Position numbers and translations under genes: made by a program. Below the pieces are notes generated by a model. It was not told where the DNA came from. It searched no databases and was given only the letters and a program-made list of their open reading frames with translations. From NCBI GenBank assembly GCA_963727635.1, contig CAVSHP010000024.1, positions 68,818-132,817 of the forward strand: a stretch of 64,000 nucleotides of DNA. The letters run 5' to 3'. Of the stretch, positions 40,634 through 54,328 are shown in pieces; within the stretch, counting starts at the first letter, position 1; every line of letters begins with the position of its first letter. This DNA is from an uncultured Gammaproteobacteria bacterium. Lineage in GTDB: Bacteria; Pseudomonadota; Gammaproteobacteria; Xanthomonadales; SZUA-36.

Positions 40634-41887
40634 TTGATCTCGTTTACCGTGTTGGTCTGGATCGCCTTCCTTTTGCTGATTGCCGTTGTCGTTGCACTGG
40701 ATCTCGGCATTTTTCACCGGAAGGCTCACGTGGTCACCCTGCCCGAGGCCCTCGGCTGGACATCGGTGTGGGTCACGCTCGCGCTTGTGTTCAACATCGG
40801 TATCTACTACCTGTATGAGTTTAACCCGGCCGGTTGGGACATGGACACCGAAAATCTTTCGGGAGCGGAAGCCGCCATTCAGTATTTCACCGGTTATCTG
40901 GTGGAGAAATCGCTGTCAATTGACAATATCTTCGTTATCGCAATGGTTTTTGCACACTTTCAGGTGCCGCTCACGGAGCAACACAGGGTCCTGTTCTGGG
41001 GCATTTTCGGTGCCATCATATTGCGTGGCATCATGATTTTTGGCGGCGTTATAGTCATTGAGCAATTTGACTGGGTTGTCTACTTGCTTGGCGCGGTGTT
41101 GCTATTTTCGGCTGCGAAAATGCTCGTGATACGTCACGACAATATTGCGCTGGAAGAGAACTATGTGATTCGTCTGGTACGGCGATTATATCCTGTAACG
41201 ACCGTGTTTCATGGTAGTCGTTTCTTCGTACACATCAATGGCGTGCGCACCGCCACACCGTTATTTCTCGCGCTGATATTCGTTGAAACCAGTGACGTTA
41301 TGTTTGCAATCGATTCGATACCCGCTATTTTTGCGATCACGCGCGACCCATTTATTATATTTACATCCAACGTCTTTGCGATTCTCGGCTTGCGGTCCCT
41401 GTACTTCGTACTCGCGGGATTAATGGAAAAGTTCCGTTATCTGAAAGTGAGCTTGGTCTTTTTGCTCGCGTTCATCGGTGTCAAAATGATATTGATTCAC
41501 CACCACCCGATCTCAAACCTGGTATCTCTGGCCATTATTGGAGGCATCCTGGCGGTGGGTATCATCGCATCGGTGAAAACTGCACAGGATAGCGCCGCGC
41601 TACTATCCCCGCTGGCCAGCGAATTGGAACGTCTGGCCATTACGTCCTACAGGCAGGCTCGCAGGGCTGTCATTCTACTCCTGGGCTCATCAATCCTAAT
41701 AATAGGATTGGCGATGGTCGTTCTGCCAGGTCCTGCAATCATCGTCATTCCACTGGGTCTTTCAATTCTCGCGATTGAGTTCGCGTGGGCGCGACGCTGG
41801 CTGCATCAAATTAAGATCAAGATTGCACAAGGGCAGGAGATAGTTGGCAAAATTATTGGTCGTGGCGGTCGCGGAGGATCCAAGTAA
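40634..41887 (+). CDS. TerC-family integral membrane protein (Alx-like) with ~100-aa C-terminal extension
   Basis: YLVEKSLSIDNIFVIAMVF and IDSIPAIFAITRDPFIIFTSN TerC motifs. The extra C-terminal TM hairpin ends in RGGRGGSK. TTG start. Confidence 0.8.
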   Translation: MISFTVLVWIAFLLLIAVVVALDLGIFHRKAHVVTLPEALGWTSVWVTLALVFNIGIYYLYEFNPAGWDMDTENLSGAEAAIQYFTGYLVEKSLSIDNIFVIAMVFAHFQVPLTEQHRVLFWGIFGAIILRGIMIFGGVIVIEQFDWVVYLLGAVLLFSAAKMLVIRHDNIALEENYVIRLVRRLYPVTTVFHGSRFFVHINGVRTATPLFLALIFVETSDVMFAIDSIPAIFAITRDPFIIFTSNVFAILGLRSLYFVLAGLMEKFRYLKVSLVFLLAFIGVKMILIHHHPISNLVSLAIIGGILAVGIIASVKTAQDSAALLSPLASELERLAITSYRQARRAVILLLGSSILIIGLAMVVLPGPAIIVIPLGLSILAIEFAWARRWLHQIKIKIAQGQEIVGKIIGRGGRGGSK

Positions 41888-41992
41888 TTAAAGTTTAATA
41901 TTGAAACAAATGCAGGCTGCACTGACTGGTGTGAAAACTTTGCTTATTAGATGCTGGGTTGCGAGAGTGCCAAGAAAGCATCTTGAAAAGAA

Positions 41993-42037
41993 TGGTGGCC
42001 AGAGGTGGAATCGAACCACCGACACGAGGATTTTCAG
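41993..42037 (-). repeat. Partial tRNA-Phe 3'-half copy P3 (perfect 45/45), followed by conserved module E3 (42038..~42175)
   Basis: TGGTGGCCAGAGGTGGAATCGAACCACCGACACGAGGATTTTCAG, identical to 44294..44338. Confidence 0.85.
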
Positions 42038-42236
42038 AAGGCACGATCAATTTTCAAATGTAATTAAATCAGTCGCTTGCGGAGTTTGTCCAATAACAAG
42101 GTACTGGTAAACGCGAATAGACGCCGGTAAACAACAGGTGTTAGTACACAATATGGACGCACTAACGTCTTTGTTAAGCGGCGCCGTCACGCGACCGCTG
42201 GAGGCGCTTTCTGGCAGTACAAACTTAATAGCTTCG

Positions 42237-42554
42237 TTATGCCATTTTCTGCATATGGTGAAAATCTTCAATCATTTCCAACTCTTTGCTTTCATTCGAC
42301 TGCGCCCTATATAGTTCCCACCTGACTTGCAAATTAAGCCAGAAATCGGCAGATACCCCAAAAAACTTCGCTAGTCGTAGCGCTGTGCTCGGAGTAATCC
42401 CCCGCTTTTGATTGACCAATTCATTCACACGCTGATAAGGCACATGAATAGCATCAGCCAAGTCACGCTGACTAATATTCATGGGAACCAGGAATTCTTC
42501 TCGGAGCATCTCTCCAGGGTGAGTTGGTTGCCTGTTTGTTGGGATTCGAACCAT
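42237..42554 (-). CDS. higA: HigA-family antitoxin (XRE helix-turn-helix)
   Basis: HPGEMLREEFLVPMNISQRDLADAIHVPYQRVNELVNQKRGITPSTALRLAKFFGVSADFWLNLQ is a canonical HigA sequence. Confidence 0.85.
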   Translation of the reverse strand: MVRIPTNRQPTHPGEMLREEFLVPMNISQRDLADAIHVPYQRVNELVNQKRGITPSTALRLAKFFGVSADFWLNLQVRWELYRAQSNESKELEMIEDFHHMQKMA

Positions 42555-42563
42555 GATATGCCT

Positions 42564-42857
42564 CTAGTGATAATCAGCTACTTCTACGTTCATGGGACCC
42601 ACCTCGCCCCACACAAAACAAATTCGGTATTGTTCATTAATGCGAATGCTGTGTTCAGCTTTCCTACTACCTGAAAGTTTTTCAAGGCGATTACCCGGTG
42701 GAACCTTGAGTTCATCCAAATGCTGAACAGAGTCGATCAGATCCAGCTTTCTTGATGTAATTCGCCAAAGTGTTTGTGGACAGGCCTTTCGGGCAGCTTT
42801 CGAATTAACACCATTGAAAATATCTTCAGTAGCTTGATCTTTGAACGATACTATCAT
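42564..42857 (-). CDS. higB: HigB-family (RelE/ParE superfamily) toxin
   Basis: Internal start MIVSFKDQATEDIF...KLSGSRKAEHSIRINEQYRICFVWGEVGPMNVEVADYH. Sits upstream of higA in the canonical toxin-first order. Confidence 0.8.
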   Translation of the reverse strand: MIVSFKDQATEDIFNGVNSKAARKACPQTLWRITSRKLDLIDSVQHLDELKVPPGNRLEKLSGSRKAEHSIRINEQYRICFVWGEVGPMNVEVADYH

Positions 42858-42941
42858 AAGGGCATGATAGCACGGAATCCATGCTATTCTAGATTGCTGG
42901 GTATCTAGACAAGGAACCCGACGAGGTGGCGGAGGCTGCGC

Positions 42942-43250
42942 TTGATGCCATGTCCGCGGAAACACCCTTGCGCCGGGTACATGGTGGTGCCCAACGAGCT
43001 CGAAGCCGACATCCTGGCCGGCTTCGATGAACCGGCTGAAGAAGAAAGCGAAGGGCCGAAAGTTGTTTACACCGGTGAAGATGTGAAGGTGCAGCTGTTT
43101 GGAACGACGGCCATCGTCACATTCAGGCTGGTAGCCACGCCGGATGATGGTTCGGAACTGAAGAATTACTTCAACACGGGGACGTTTCTCAAGCGGCGAG
43201 GCGAGTGGCGGGCGGTCGCCTGGCAGGCGACCGTTATTCCTGGCACCTGA
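42942..43250 (+). pseudogene. 5'-truncated DUF4440/SnoaL-like gene fragment
   Basis: Only the C-terminal half of the fold is present (VKVQLFGTTAIVTFRLVATPDDGSE...LKRRGEWRAVAWQATVI). The ORF begins immediately at the higB start. Confidence 0.4.
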
Positions 43251-43475
43251 GCAAAAACCTGCCAGGCGTCAAATTGATGGATTGGCCGGCAGCGTCCGGC
43301 CAGCAGCGGACATGCCCAGGCCGTCCGCTTTCGCGCGTCACAAAATACCGATCGCCAGTCTGCCGCGTTGACAAAACTCAATCGCGGCGTCGTATTCACT
43401 CCGGTTGTCGAAAAAGCCCGTCCCAGGCGGGCCTGGCAAAGTCATTTGCGTTAGCCTCCGAAGTGAAGCTCGGCG

Positions 43476-43871
43476 TCAGTTATTGAGGCGAGCGGTACAC
43501 TCCGCAATGAATTCGTCCGCGCACACAACGTAATCTGCTTTGGAAATATCTACATTTTCCAAGAATCCAGTTGCTTCGTTGATTGTGATGCAAATGTTGA
43601 AGTTCTGGTGACCGGCAATGGCGAACTCTAGGTGACGTAGATCTCCATTAGGCCGTAAGTAGTCAGCTCTCGCAGCCCTACGTCCCTGTTCATTGACCAC
43701 CGAACAGGACTGAAGACTATCGAATAGCTCGAATACCTCGACCCAGTCCATGAATGCGCTCGCGGAACAAACCTCGGGGCACGAAGGCTTGTCCGCCATC
43801 GCCATGGGTGAAGTGATGACGAAACCGGCGAGCAGGGCAGTCCGTGCAATTGAATGTAAACCTTTTATCAT
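43476..43871 (-). CDS. Hypothetical secreted Cys-containing protein
   Basis: Internal start MIKGLHSIARTALLAGFVITSPMAMA (signal peptide). No homology recognised. Confidence 0.4.
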   Translation of the reverse strand: MIKGLHSIARTALLAGFVITSPMAMADKPSCPEVCSASAFMDWVEVFELFDSLQSCSVVNEQGRRAARADYLRPNGDLRHLEFAIAGHQNFNICITINEATGFLENVDISKADYVVCADEFIAECTARLNN

Positions 43872-44124
43872 TGAAGTCTCCTGGTTGATGGGGTTGAAAA
43901 AGCAAGCGGCACGAACGCACACCTTAAGCACGTGACCTTGGTTGGAATGCCGCACCCCTCCAATGAACTATAGGTGAAAAATAATTATTTGCCACCCGGG
44001 CAGAGAGTATTTGAAAAGTTCCGTCAAGCGGATCGAGTAGCGGAACAGCCATTTCGTGTATACGAAAAGCAAAAAATCAGCGAGTGCGGTTAAGTTGAGG
44101 TTGGTTGTAAGCCACTGAAAAGAA

Positions 44125-44141
44125 TGGTGGCCAGAGGTGGA
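44125..44141 (-). repeat. Short (17-nt) copy of the tRNA-Phe 3' end, P4
   Basis: TGGTGGCCAGAGGTGGA, then divergent palindrome-rich sequence up to the intact tRNA. Confidence 0.6.
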
Positions 44142-44293
44142 CAAATCTGACGGGATCAGATTTGGTCGCACGCAGTGCGCCCGCAGGGGCGCGCACAAGG
44201 AGGTGCGCGAACAATCTAACCACGCATTGGTTCGGTTCGCCCTGTTGCCGGGAAAGCAGTTGATTGAAATGCTGCGGGGAAATATAAGAAAAA

Positions 44294-44369
<76 letters not shown>

Positions 44370-44447
44370 ATTTTTCAAACGCGTCTCTGGAATCAGAGAG
44401 CGCGGTATTAAACCGTTTAGACGTTCTCAAGTCAAGAATTAAGAGCC

Positions 44448-44726
44448 TCATTTGTCGTCTTCGGGTACATATCCTGCGGGAATCTCTGAGCCCTCGCCAA
44501 AAAAGAACTTTTCCATTTCGCCTTCGAGAAACTTCCGATGCGCCGGTTCGAGCGGGCTCAGGCGGTGTTCGTTGATCAATATGGTCTGGTGTGAGAGCCA
44601 TTTTTGCCAGGCCTGCATGGAAATATTCTCATATATCCTTTTACCCAGTTCGCCCGGATAGGTCTGAAACGCCAGGCCCGGCAGTTCCTCGTTCAGCAGC
44701 AAGCATTTAACCATACGTTCTGTCAT
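44448..44726 (-). CDS. yggX: Fe(2+)-trafficking / oxidative-damage protection protein YggX
   Basis: Internal start [53 protein letters not shown]..., close to E. coli YggX ([33 protein letters not shown]). Confidence 0.9.
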   Translation of the reverse strand: MTERMVKCLLLNEELPGLAFQTYPGELGKRIYENISMQAWQKWLSHQTILINEHRLSPLEPAHRKFLEGEMEKFFFGEGSEIPAGYVPEDDK

Positions 44727-45765
44727 TTTGTGTCCTTTTCCAGGTAGGTTTCCAGCAACTGTCTGACCGGCTGGGGCAGACCGAGTGCCGGCCATTCATG
44801 CTGGCTGAACCAGCGTTGATCGGATGTACATTCTACCCCGCCTGAAACCAGGTCTGCATGACCAATTAGCGGTTGGATGTTCATTTGCATGTGGGTCAGC
44901 TGGTGTTGCATGGCGGGCAGGGGTTTAAGTGATTGGGGTTTTACACCCAGGCGTTGCTGGACTGGCCGGCCATCATCATCCGACGGCAGTGACCATAAAC
45001 CACCCCAGATTCCTACGGGTGGACGCCGTTCGAGCAGTACCTTGCCATCATCGTCCGTGAGGATCAGCATCTGAAAGGATTTTTTGCCGATCTTCAAACC
45101 GGGACGCCGGAAGGGGAACTCATCGACCCTGCCAACCCCGAAGGCTTTGCAGGTCCCGTTGACGGGGCAACGGGTGCAGGACGGTTTTGTCCGCGTGCAC
45201 AGGGTTGCGCCGAGGTCCATGACGGCCTGGGTATAATCGGCGCCGCGTTTTGCCGGTAGCAGTTTTTCGGCGATATCTCCACAATTGCTTGTGAATGTTT
45301 GGCTTGCCCGGCCAGCCTTCAATCGCGAAGTGGCGGGCGAGCACCCGTTTGACGTTGCCGTCAAGGATCACGGCCGGATGATCCCAGGCCTGTGAATAGA
45401 TGGCATTGGCGGTGCTTTCGCCGATACCCGGCAGGGCGGCCAGTGCTTGCGGGTTTTCGGGCAGTTGGCCGGCATGTGTCCGCCACGCAGATTTTTGCGG
45501 TCTTCAGCAGGTTGCGGGCACGGGCGTAATAACCGAGCCCCGACCAGTAAGACAGCACCTCGTCATTGGAGACTGCGGCCAGGCTCTGGATATCCGGAAA
45601 GCGCTCGATAAAGCGTTCGAAGTAGGGGGTAACGGTCTTGACCTGGGTCTGCTGCAACATGATCTCGGCAATCCAGACACGGTACGCGCTGCGTGGATGC
45701 TGCCATGGCAGGTCCTTGCGGCCGTGCTTGTCCCACCAGCGAAGTAGTTGTCCCGCGAAATCCAA
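44723..45765 (-). CDS. mutY: A/G-specific adenine DNA glycosylase MutY, interrupted by at least two frameshifts (three frames: 45361..45765, 45120..45371, 44723..45364)
   Basis: N-part [39 protein letters not shown]. Middle [23 protein letters not shown]-part [26 protein letters not shown] (4Fe-4S Cys cluster) plus a NUDIX-like tail. Sits upstream of yggX as in Enterobacteria. Confidence 0.8.
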
Positions 45766-45773
45766 AACGCCTC

Positions 45774-46766
45774 TTAGTCCAGCGGCAGGATGGCGTTGAT
45801 AAAGGTGCCTGCATCAAAAGGCCGCAGGTCTTTTGCTGCCTCGCCGACACCGATGTAACGGATCGGGATACCCAGTTCACTGGCGATGGCAAACAGCATG
45901 CCGCCGCGGGCGGTGCCGTCCAGCTTGGTGATGGTGATGCCGGTGACGTTGACCGCTTCGTTGAAATGCCGCGCCTGGTTCAGGGCATTGGTGCCGGTGC
46001 CGGCATCTACCACCAGCATGACTTCATGCGGTGCGGTTTCATCAACCCGGCCGATGACGCGGCGAATTTTTTTCAGCTCTTCCATCAGGTTGGACTGCGT
46101 ATGCAGACGCCCGGCGGTATCCGCGATCAATACATCGATCTCACGGGCTTTTGCCGACTGCATGGCGTCAAAAATGACCGCTGCGGCATCGGCCCCGGTG
46201 CCCTGCGAAACCACCGGTACATCATTGCGCGCACCCCAGGATTTGAGTTGTTCGACGGCGGCGGCGCGGAAAGTGTCGCCCGCGGCCAGCATCACCGAAA
46301 GACCTTCTTCCTTGAAACGTTGCGCCAGTTTGCCGATGGTGGTGGTTTTGCCGGCGCCGTTGATGCCGACCATCAGGATGACAAACGGTTTGTGGCTGGT
46401 GTCCACCGCCAGCAATTGTTCACACGGCTCGATCAGTTCGTAAAGCTCCGCCTGCACCGCCGGTAATAGTGACTGCGGATCGCTGATCGCGCCATTGCGG
46501 ATGGCGGTGCGCAGGTTCTCCATGATACCCAGGCTGGCCTTGACACCGACATCGGCGGTCAGCAGGGTGGTTTCGAGCTCATCCAGCAGATCTTCATTGA
46601 TCTCGCTATGACCGCTGACCAGTGCTTTTAGGCGCTTGCCGATGGTGCTGCGGGAGTCTCCCAGCAGTTTTTCCAGCGGATCAACACCGGATTGCTCCAC
46701 CGGACGAAGCTGCACATCCTGTAGTTCGCCGGGCTTTTTGTTCTTTTTCCTGAAAATACGAAACAT
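45774..46766 (-). CDS. ftsY: Signal recognition particle receptor FtsY
   Basis: SRP GTPase NG domain: [27 protein letters not shown]. Confidence 0.9.
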   Translation of the reverse strand: MFRIFRKKNKKPGELQDVQLRPVEQSGVDPLEKLLGDSRSTIGKRLKALVSGHSEINEDLLDELETTLLTADVGVKASLGIMENLRTAIRNGAISDPQSLLPAVQAELYELIEPCEQLLAVDTSHKPFVILMVGINGAGKTTTIGKLAQRFKEEGLSVMLAAGDTFRAAAVEQLKSWGARNDVPVVSQGTGADAAAVIFDAMQSAKAREIDVLIADTAGRLHTQSNLMEELKKIRRVIGRVDETAPHEVMLVVDAGTGTNALNQARHFNEAVNVTGITITKLDGTARGGMLFAIASELGIPIRYIGVGEAAKDLRPFDAGTFINAILPLD

Positions 46767-46850
46767 GCGATTAGGATTAACCCCCGGCGATAAAAAGCGA
46801 TATGCTATCAGTGTGGTCGTAATAACAAGTCGAACAGAGGCTCTTTACAT

Positions 46851-47464
46851 ATGAGCAAATCTGGAAAAAACAATAGTGTCCGGATAATCGGCGGTAACTG
46901 GCGTGGCCGTCGTCTGCAGGTTGCCGACGTGCCGGGTCTGCGACCCAGCGGCGACCGTTGCCGTGAAACCCTGTTCAACTGGTTACAGCCCTGGATTCCC
47001 GCTGCGGATTGCGCCGACCTGTTCGCCGGCACCGGCGCACTTGGGCTTCGAAGCCGCATCACGTGGCGCCGCATCCGTTATGATGATAGAGAAACACCCG
47101 CGCGCGCAGGAAGTATTGCAGCAGAGCATCGAACAGCTCCAGGCCATACAGGTCAGGCTGCATTGCGGCGGCGCGATGTCGATGATCGAGGATTTCAAAG
47201 CCGACAGCTTCGATATCGTATTTGTGGATCCGCCATTTGACAGCAACCTTGCCGGCCTGGTGTTCGAAAGACTGGACAAAACTGCTTGCGTGCGCCGTGG
47301 CGGATTCGTGTACATCGAATCACCGGCGCAAAAAGGTGATTGCCCCGCTACCGGGATGGAGGGTGTGGCGTGATCAGGAGATTGGCGAGGTGCGCATGCA
47401 GCTTTTTCGCAGGCAGAGCCTTGAAGACGAAAGAATTCTGCCGGAGGGCGGGTCTGCTCAATGA
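46851..47464 (+). CDS. rsmD: 16S rRNA (guanine966-N2)-methyltransferase RsmD, with two +1 frameshifts (~47050, ~47345)
   Basis: Close to E. coli RsmD across three frames: IIGGNWRGRRLQVADVPGLRPSGDRCRETLFNWL; DIVFVDPPF; WRVWRDQEIGEV. Confidence 0.75.
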
Positions 47465-47502
47465 GAACGGGCGGATTCGCCTGTTTTCTGTCCCTGCATT
47501 AA

Positions 47503-47530
47503 GGCCGGCAATCACGCCGGCCTTTTTTTA
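47503..47530 (+). terminator. Rho-independent terminator after rsmD
   Basis: GGCCGGCAATCACGCCGGCC followed by TTTTTTTA. Confidence 0.8.
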
Positions 47531-47623
47531 TCCCCGCTTTGGGTTAATCCCGCGGCTTAACAGGGGTAGAATAGCTGACTCTTATAGTTCAGCAGGAAAA
47601 GCAGTTGGAAAAAATCCCCACGC

Positions 47624-50035
<2,412 letters not shown>

Positions 50036-50146
50036 TGCGTGTCAGTTGTTACGCACCGATTCGGCGCCAGGCATGACCGCTGCGCTATGCATAACGCAGC
50101 CCACGGGTAATATTCAAACGGTGCCCAGCACCATACGGAGTCAAGC

Positions 50147-51457
50147 ATGAACAGGATCATTTTGGTTTTTTTTGCATTCATGGCCATCCTGCCTTCAGCG
50201 CAGGCCGGCACCATCACGCCGGATGAAATCGAGCAGGCGGCAGCGGCGGTTCAGCCACAGGTGGTCGAGTGGCGTCGCTGGTTTCATCAGAACCCGGAGC
50301 TGAGCAACCGCGAATTCAACACCTCGAAACATGTCGCCGAGATTCTCCGCGGCATGGGTCTCGAGCCGAAAACCGGTATTGCACATACCGGTATCACCGC
50401 CATCATCAAAGGTGGCAAGCCGGGTCCACTGGTCGCGATCCGTACCGATATGGACGGTCTGCCGGTGACCGAGCAAACCGGACTGCCTTTTGCTTCGACC
50501 GTCCGCAGTGAATACAACGGCCAGGAGGTCGGCGTCATGCACGCCTGCGGTCACGATGCGCACATGGCGATGGTGTTGGGTGCGGCGAAAATACTCAATG
50601 ACATGAAGGCCGATCTTCCCGGCTCCGTGATGCTGATTTTCCAACCGGCCGAGGAAGGCCCGCCGCGGGTGAGGAAGGCGGTGCCTCGATGATGCTGGAT
50701 GAGGGTATTTTCAAAGATCGAATGCCGGCGGCGGTTTTTGGCATGCATGTCGGTATCAGTACGCCCGGTGGGCAGTTTTCGGTCAGACCCGGCCCGATGA
50801 TGGCCGCTTCGGATTTCTTCAAGATTGTCGTCAAGGGCAAGCGGAACCCATGGCGCACGGCCCTGGGATGGAGTCGACCCGGTGGTCATTGCGTCGCAGA
50901 TCGTGCTCGGTCTGCAGACCATCGCCAGCCGCCAGGTGGATGTCACGCTGGCGCCTTCCATCATCAGCGTCGGGCGTATCAGCGGCGGTATCCGTTACAA
51001 CGTCATTCCCGACGAGGTGACAATGGAAGGCACCATCCGCAGCTTCGATCCGGATATGCGGGAATACATCCACACGGCGATTGAACGCACCGCACGGCTG
51101 ATCGCCGAGAGCGCCGGTGCGGAAATCGACTTCGAAATCACCCAGGGTCCTCCGGCCTTGAAGAACGACGCCGACCTGACAGCTTTCGTGATGCCGGCGC
51201 TGGAACGTGCCTCCGGCCATCCGGTGCTGTCGGTCCAGCCACAGACCGTGGCCGAGGATTTTGCCGAGTACGCCAGGGTGGCGCCGGCGGTGTTCGTGTT
51301 CCTCGGTAACTGGCCCGAGGAACTCGATCCCAAGACCCAGCCGACCAACCACTCGCCGTTCTTCCAGATGTATGAACCCTACATGGAACGCGGTGTAAGC
51401 GCCTACGGCCAGATGGTGGTGGATTTTCTGAACGCGCAGGCGGCGGCTGAAAAGTAA
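50147..51457 (+). CDS. M20-family amidohydrolase (aminoacylase/hippurate-hydrolase-like), secreted; two frameshifts (~50660, ~50850)
   Basis: Signal peptide, HACGHDAHMAM, QPAEEG; the C-terminal dimerisation domain is in a different frame. Confidence 0.75.
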
Positions 51458-51462
51458 CTGTA

Positions 51463-52665
51463 ATGAGCGGTCCGCTGCACGGTACCCTGGTGCTGGATCT
51501 CTCACGGGTGCTGGCCGGTCCGTGGGCCAGCCAGACACTCGCCGACCTCGGTGCACGTGTCATCAAGGTCGAACGCCCGGGCCGGGGTGACGATACCCGT
51601 AGCTGGGGACCGCCCTACCTGGGTTCCGGTGAAAACAGGGAAAGCGCGTATTTCCTATCGGCCAACCGCGGCAAGGAGTCGATCGCCATCGATTTCAAGG
51701 ACCCGCGTGGTCAGGCCGTCATCCTGCAACTGGCCAGAAAAGCAGATATCCTGATCGAAAACTACAAGCCCGGCGGGCTCGAGGCCTATGGCCTGGATTA
51801 TGAATCCGTCAGCAAGGTCAACCCGGCCATCGTCTATTGCTCGATCAGCGGTTTTGGACAGACCGGACCCTATGCCAAAAAGCCCGGCTACGACTTCATG
51901 ATCCAGGCCATGAGCGGTCTGATGAGTGTCACCGGCACTGAAAAACCCACCAAGGTGGGTGTGGCCGTATCCGACCTGATCACCGGTCTGTATGCGGCAA
52001 CCGGCATTCTCGCCGCATATACGCGGGCACGCGAAACGGGGCAGGGCGAATGGCTCGATATTTCGTTGCTGGACTCCCAACTCGCTGCGTTGGCCAACCA
52101 GGGCATGAACTACCTGGTGACCGGTGAAAGCCCGGGACTGGCGGGTAACGCCCATCCGAATATCGTTCCCTACCAGGTGTTTGAAACCGCCGATGATCCG
52201 ATCGTGCTGGCGGTTGGCAACGATGGCCAGTTCGTATCACTGTGCGGGGCCATTGGTCATGATGAACTTGCGTTGGATAGCCGTTTTGCCAACAACGCCG
52301 CCCGTGTTCAAAACAGGACCGAGCTGGTTCCCCTCATCGCCGCCGTACTCCAGCATCACCCGGCGGTGTATTGGCTGAACCTGTTTGACGAGCACGGTAT
52401 TCCGGTGGCGCCGGTCAACACGATTGCTCAGGCGTTCGCCGACCCGCACGTGCTGGAACGGCAGACAGTCGTGTCATTGGAGCGTGCCGGCCTGGGTACC
52501 GTGCCCAGTGTGCGTTCACCCATGAACTTGCGGAATCACGTACCGGATGGGCGAAGGGCACCGCCCGCGCTGGGTGATTCAACCGGGACAGTGCTGCGCG
52601 AAATAGGTCTTGGTGAAGAAGAAATCAAAACGCTGCTCGAGGCGGGCGTCGCCTCGTCGGATTAA
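51463..52665 (+). CDS. CoA-transferase family III (CaiB/BaiF-type)
   Basis: GPLHGTLVLDLSRVLAGPWASQTLADLGARVIKVERPGRGDDTR. Intact 400 aa. Confidence 0.85.
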   Translation: MSGPLHGTLVLDLSRVLAGPWASQTLADLGARVIKVERPGRGDDTRSWGPPYLGSGENRESAYFLSANRGKESIAIDFKDPRGQAVILQLARKADILIENYKPGGLEAYGLDYESVSKVNPAIVYCSISGFGQTGPYAKKPGYDFMIQAMSGLMSVTGTEKPTKVGVAVSDLITGLYAATGILAAYTRARETGQGEWLDISLLDSQLAALANQGMNYLVTGESPGLAGNAHPNIVPYQVFETADDPIVLAVGNDGQFVSLCGAIGHDELALDSRFANNAARVQNRTELVPLIAAVLQHHPAVYWLNLFDEHGIPVAPVNTIAQAFADPHVLERQTVVSLERAGLGTVPSVRSPMNLRNHVPDGRRAPPALGDSTGTVLREIGLGEEEIKTLLEAGVASSD

Positions 52666-52685
52666 CGTTCACCAGTGCCTGTAGG

Positions 52686-52868
52686 TCAGTGACTTTCGCG
52701 CCACAACAGCCAGGCAATTGCCGCGGGTACGATTGTACCGCCCACGCTTGCCCATTGCGGAAGATTCCATCCACCCACGGTCACATCGACAGCGTAAATC
52801 AGTCTTAAAACGTGTGCGATGGCAACCAGGGTTAACAGCAGTATTGCGAGAATTGATCCAATTTTCAT
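52686..52868 (-). CDS. Hypothetical small two-helix membrane protein
   Basis: 60 aa, hydrophobic. No homology. Could be spurious. Confidence 0.3.
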   Translation of the reverse strand: MKIGSILAILLLTLVAIAHVLRLIYAVDVTVGGWNLPQWASVGGTIVPAAIAWLLWRESH

Positions 52869-53031
52869 CTTGCTGGCCTCTAAACGACTTTACGAACAGA
52901 TTCACTTATCATATATCAAGTCTATATCAATCAATTGGCCACAAAGTTTGTTGACCCCAACGTGCGGTGACCACGCGCAATCACCAGTATACGCCGGTGA
53001 ATTGCACAAAAACGTCCGGTTTGTTAGCCAA

Positions 53032-53057
53032 AAAAAAGCCCGGATGACACCGGGCTT
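53032..53057 (-). terminator. Rho-independent terminator downstream of the amidohydrolase pair
   Basis: GCCCGGATGACACCGGGC hairpin with an 8-nt T-run on the minus strand. Confidence 0.8.
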
Positions 53058-53078
53058 TGGTTTTCATACTGACCTGAA

Positions 53079-54328
53079 TCAGGGCTTGATATACGCCCTC
53101 GGCATATCCGGGTGTTGTGGCAGATAACGGTCCCTCAGCTTTGTCTGGCGTGACACCATCGGGATCAGCTTGCCATCGATGATGACGATTTCGGCGGCGC
53201 TGGTGACTTCCAGCGGGTCACCACTCCATAACACCACGTTGGCCGGCATGTCCGCTTTGATTTTGCCTTGCTGGTCGGCGACGCCGAATATTTTGGCCGG
53301 ATTGACCGTCAATGCAGCAATACCCTCTTCGTGCGGCAGACCGTAGGATACCGCGTTGCCCGCCATCTGCCGTTGCTTGCGGGCGTTGTGTGTCTCACCG
53401 CCGCTGATGGCGATGACAACACCGGCTGCCTCCAGCATTGCTGCATTGTTCAGACGCGACCCAGGCTGTCGAAATTGGAAGGCAGATTGTCGAGCGGATT
53501 GAGCAATACCGGTACCTTTGCCGCCGCCAGTTCACGCGCGACCATCCACGCTTCCCTGCCACCCGAAATGACCAGGTCGAAACCGTATTTCTCTGCGAAG
53601 CGGATGGTTTCGAGGATGTCGCTGGCGCGGTCGACATTGAAGACCACCTTGCCGCCGGTGACGTAGGAGGACAGGGTTCCGCGTCCGGCGCGTGTCAACA
53701 GCGCGGTCTCGGTCGATGTCGGCGGGCTGTCCGCTTCCTGCATCGCCTGGTGCAGCAACATCCACTGGGCGGCACGCGAACCGCCGCTCAAGCTGCTGGC
53801 GTCCCGGCCAACGTTGATAAACAGCACGGGACTGCCAAAAAAGCTTTGGTAGCCGCCGTCAAGACGGACCATCTGCCCCTGGCCGCCAAAGATCGAGCCC
53901 TCGGTGTCCGCACCCAGCAACGTAAAGGTAAAGCCCTCGATACGGGTGACCGGTATCACGCTGGAGTTGGGGTTATAGGCCGGTACGACATCAAACTCGG
54001 GGCGCATTTCATTCAGCGCCAGGCCGGAGTCGGTGGATTCCTCAACGGCCGGGATCTCGGTGATGCCAATGGCGGTAATCCCGGCAAAGAACCCCGGAGT
54101 CAGCGCTTTGCCTTCGGCGTCGAAGACAGCCACGTCATCCTTGGGTACCGGCAGATTTTTGCCGATGCGCTGGATCTTGCCCGCGGAGATGAAAACATCG
54201 GTGTTTTCCAGCATACCGTCCGCAGTCATGGTGTGTACGTTGGCACCACGGATCATGATGGCGTCGGCCTGTGCGGCAATGGAAAAGGTGGCCATGCAGC
54301 CGATCAAAAGTGTTTTAAAAGTTTTCAT
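53079..54328 (-). CDS. Periplasmic amidohydrolase-family metallohydrolase (paralog 2), one frameshift ~53445
   Basis: Signal peptide MKTFKTLLIGCMATFSIAAQA. The C-terminal part (MLEAAGVVIAISGGETHNARKQ...) is in another frame. Confidence 0.7.
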
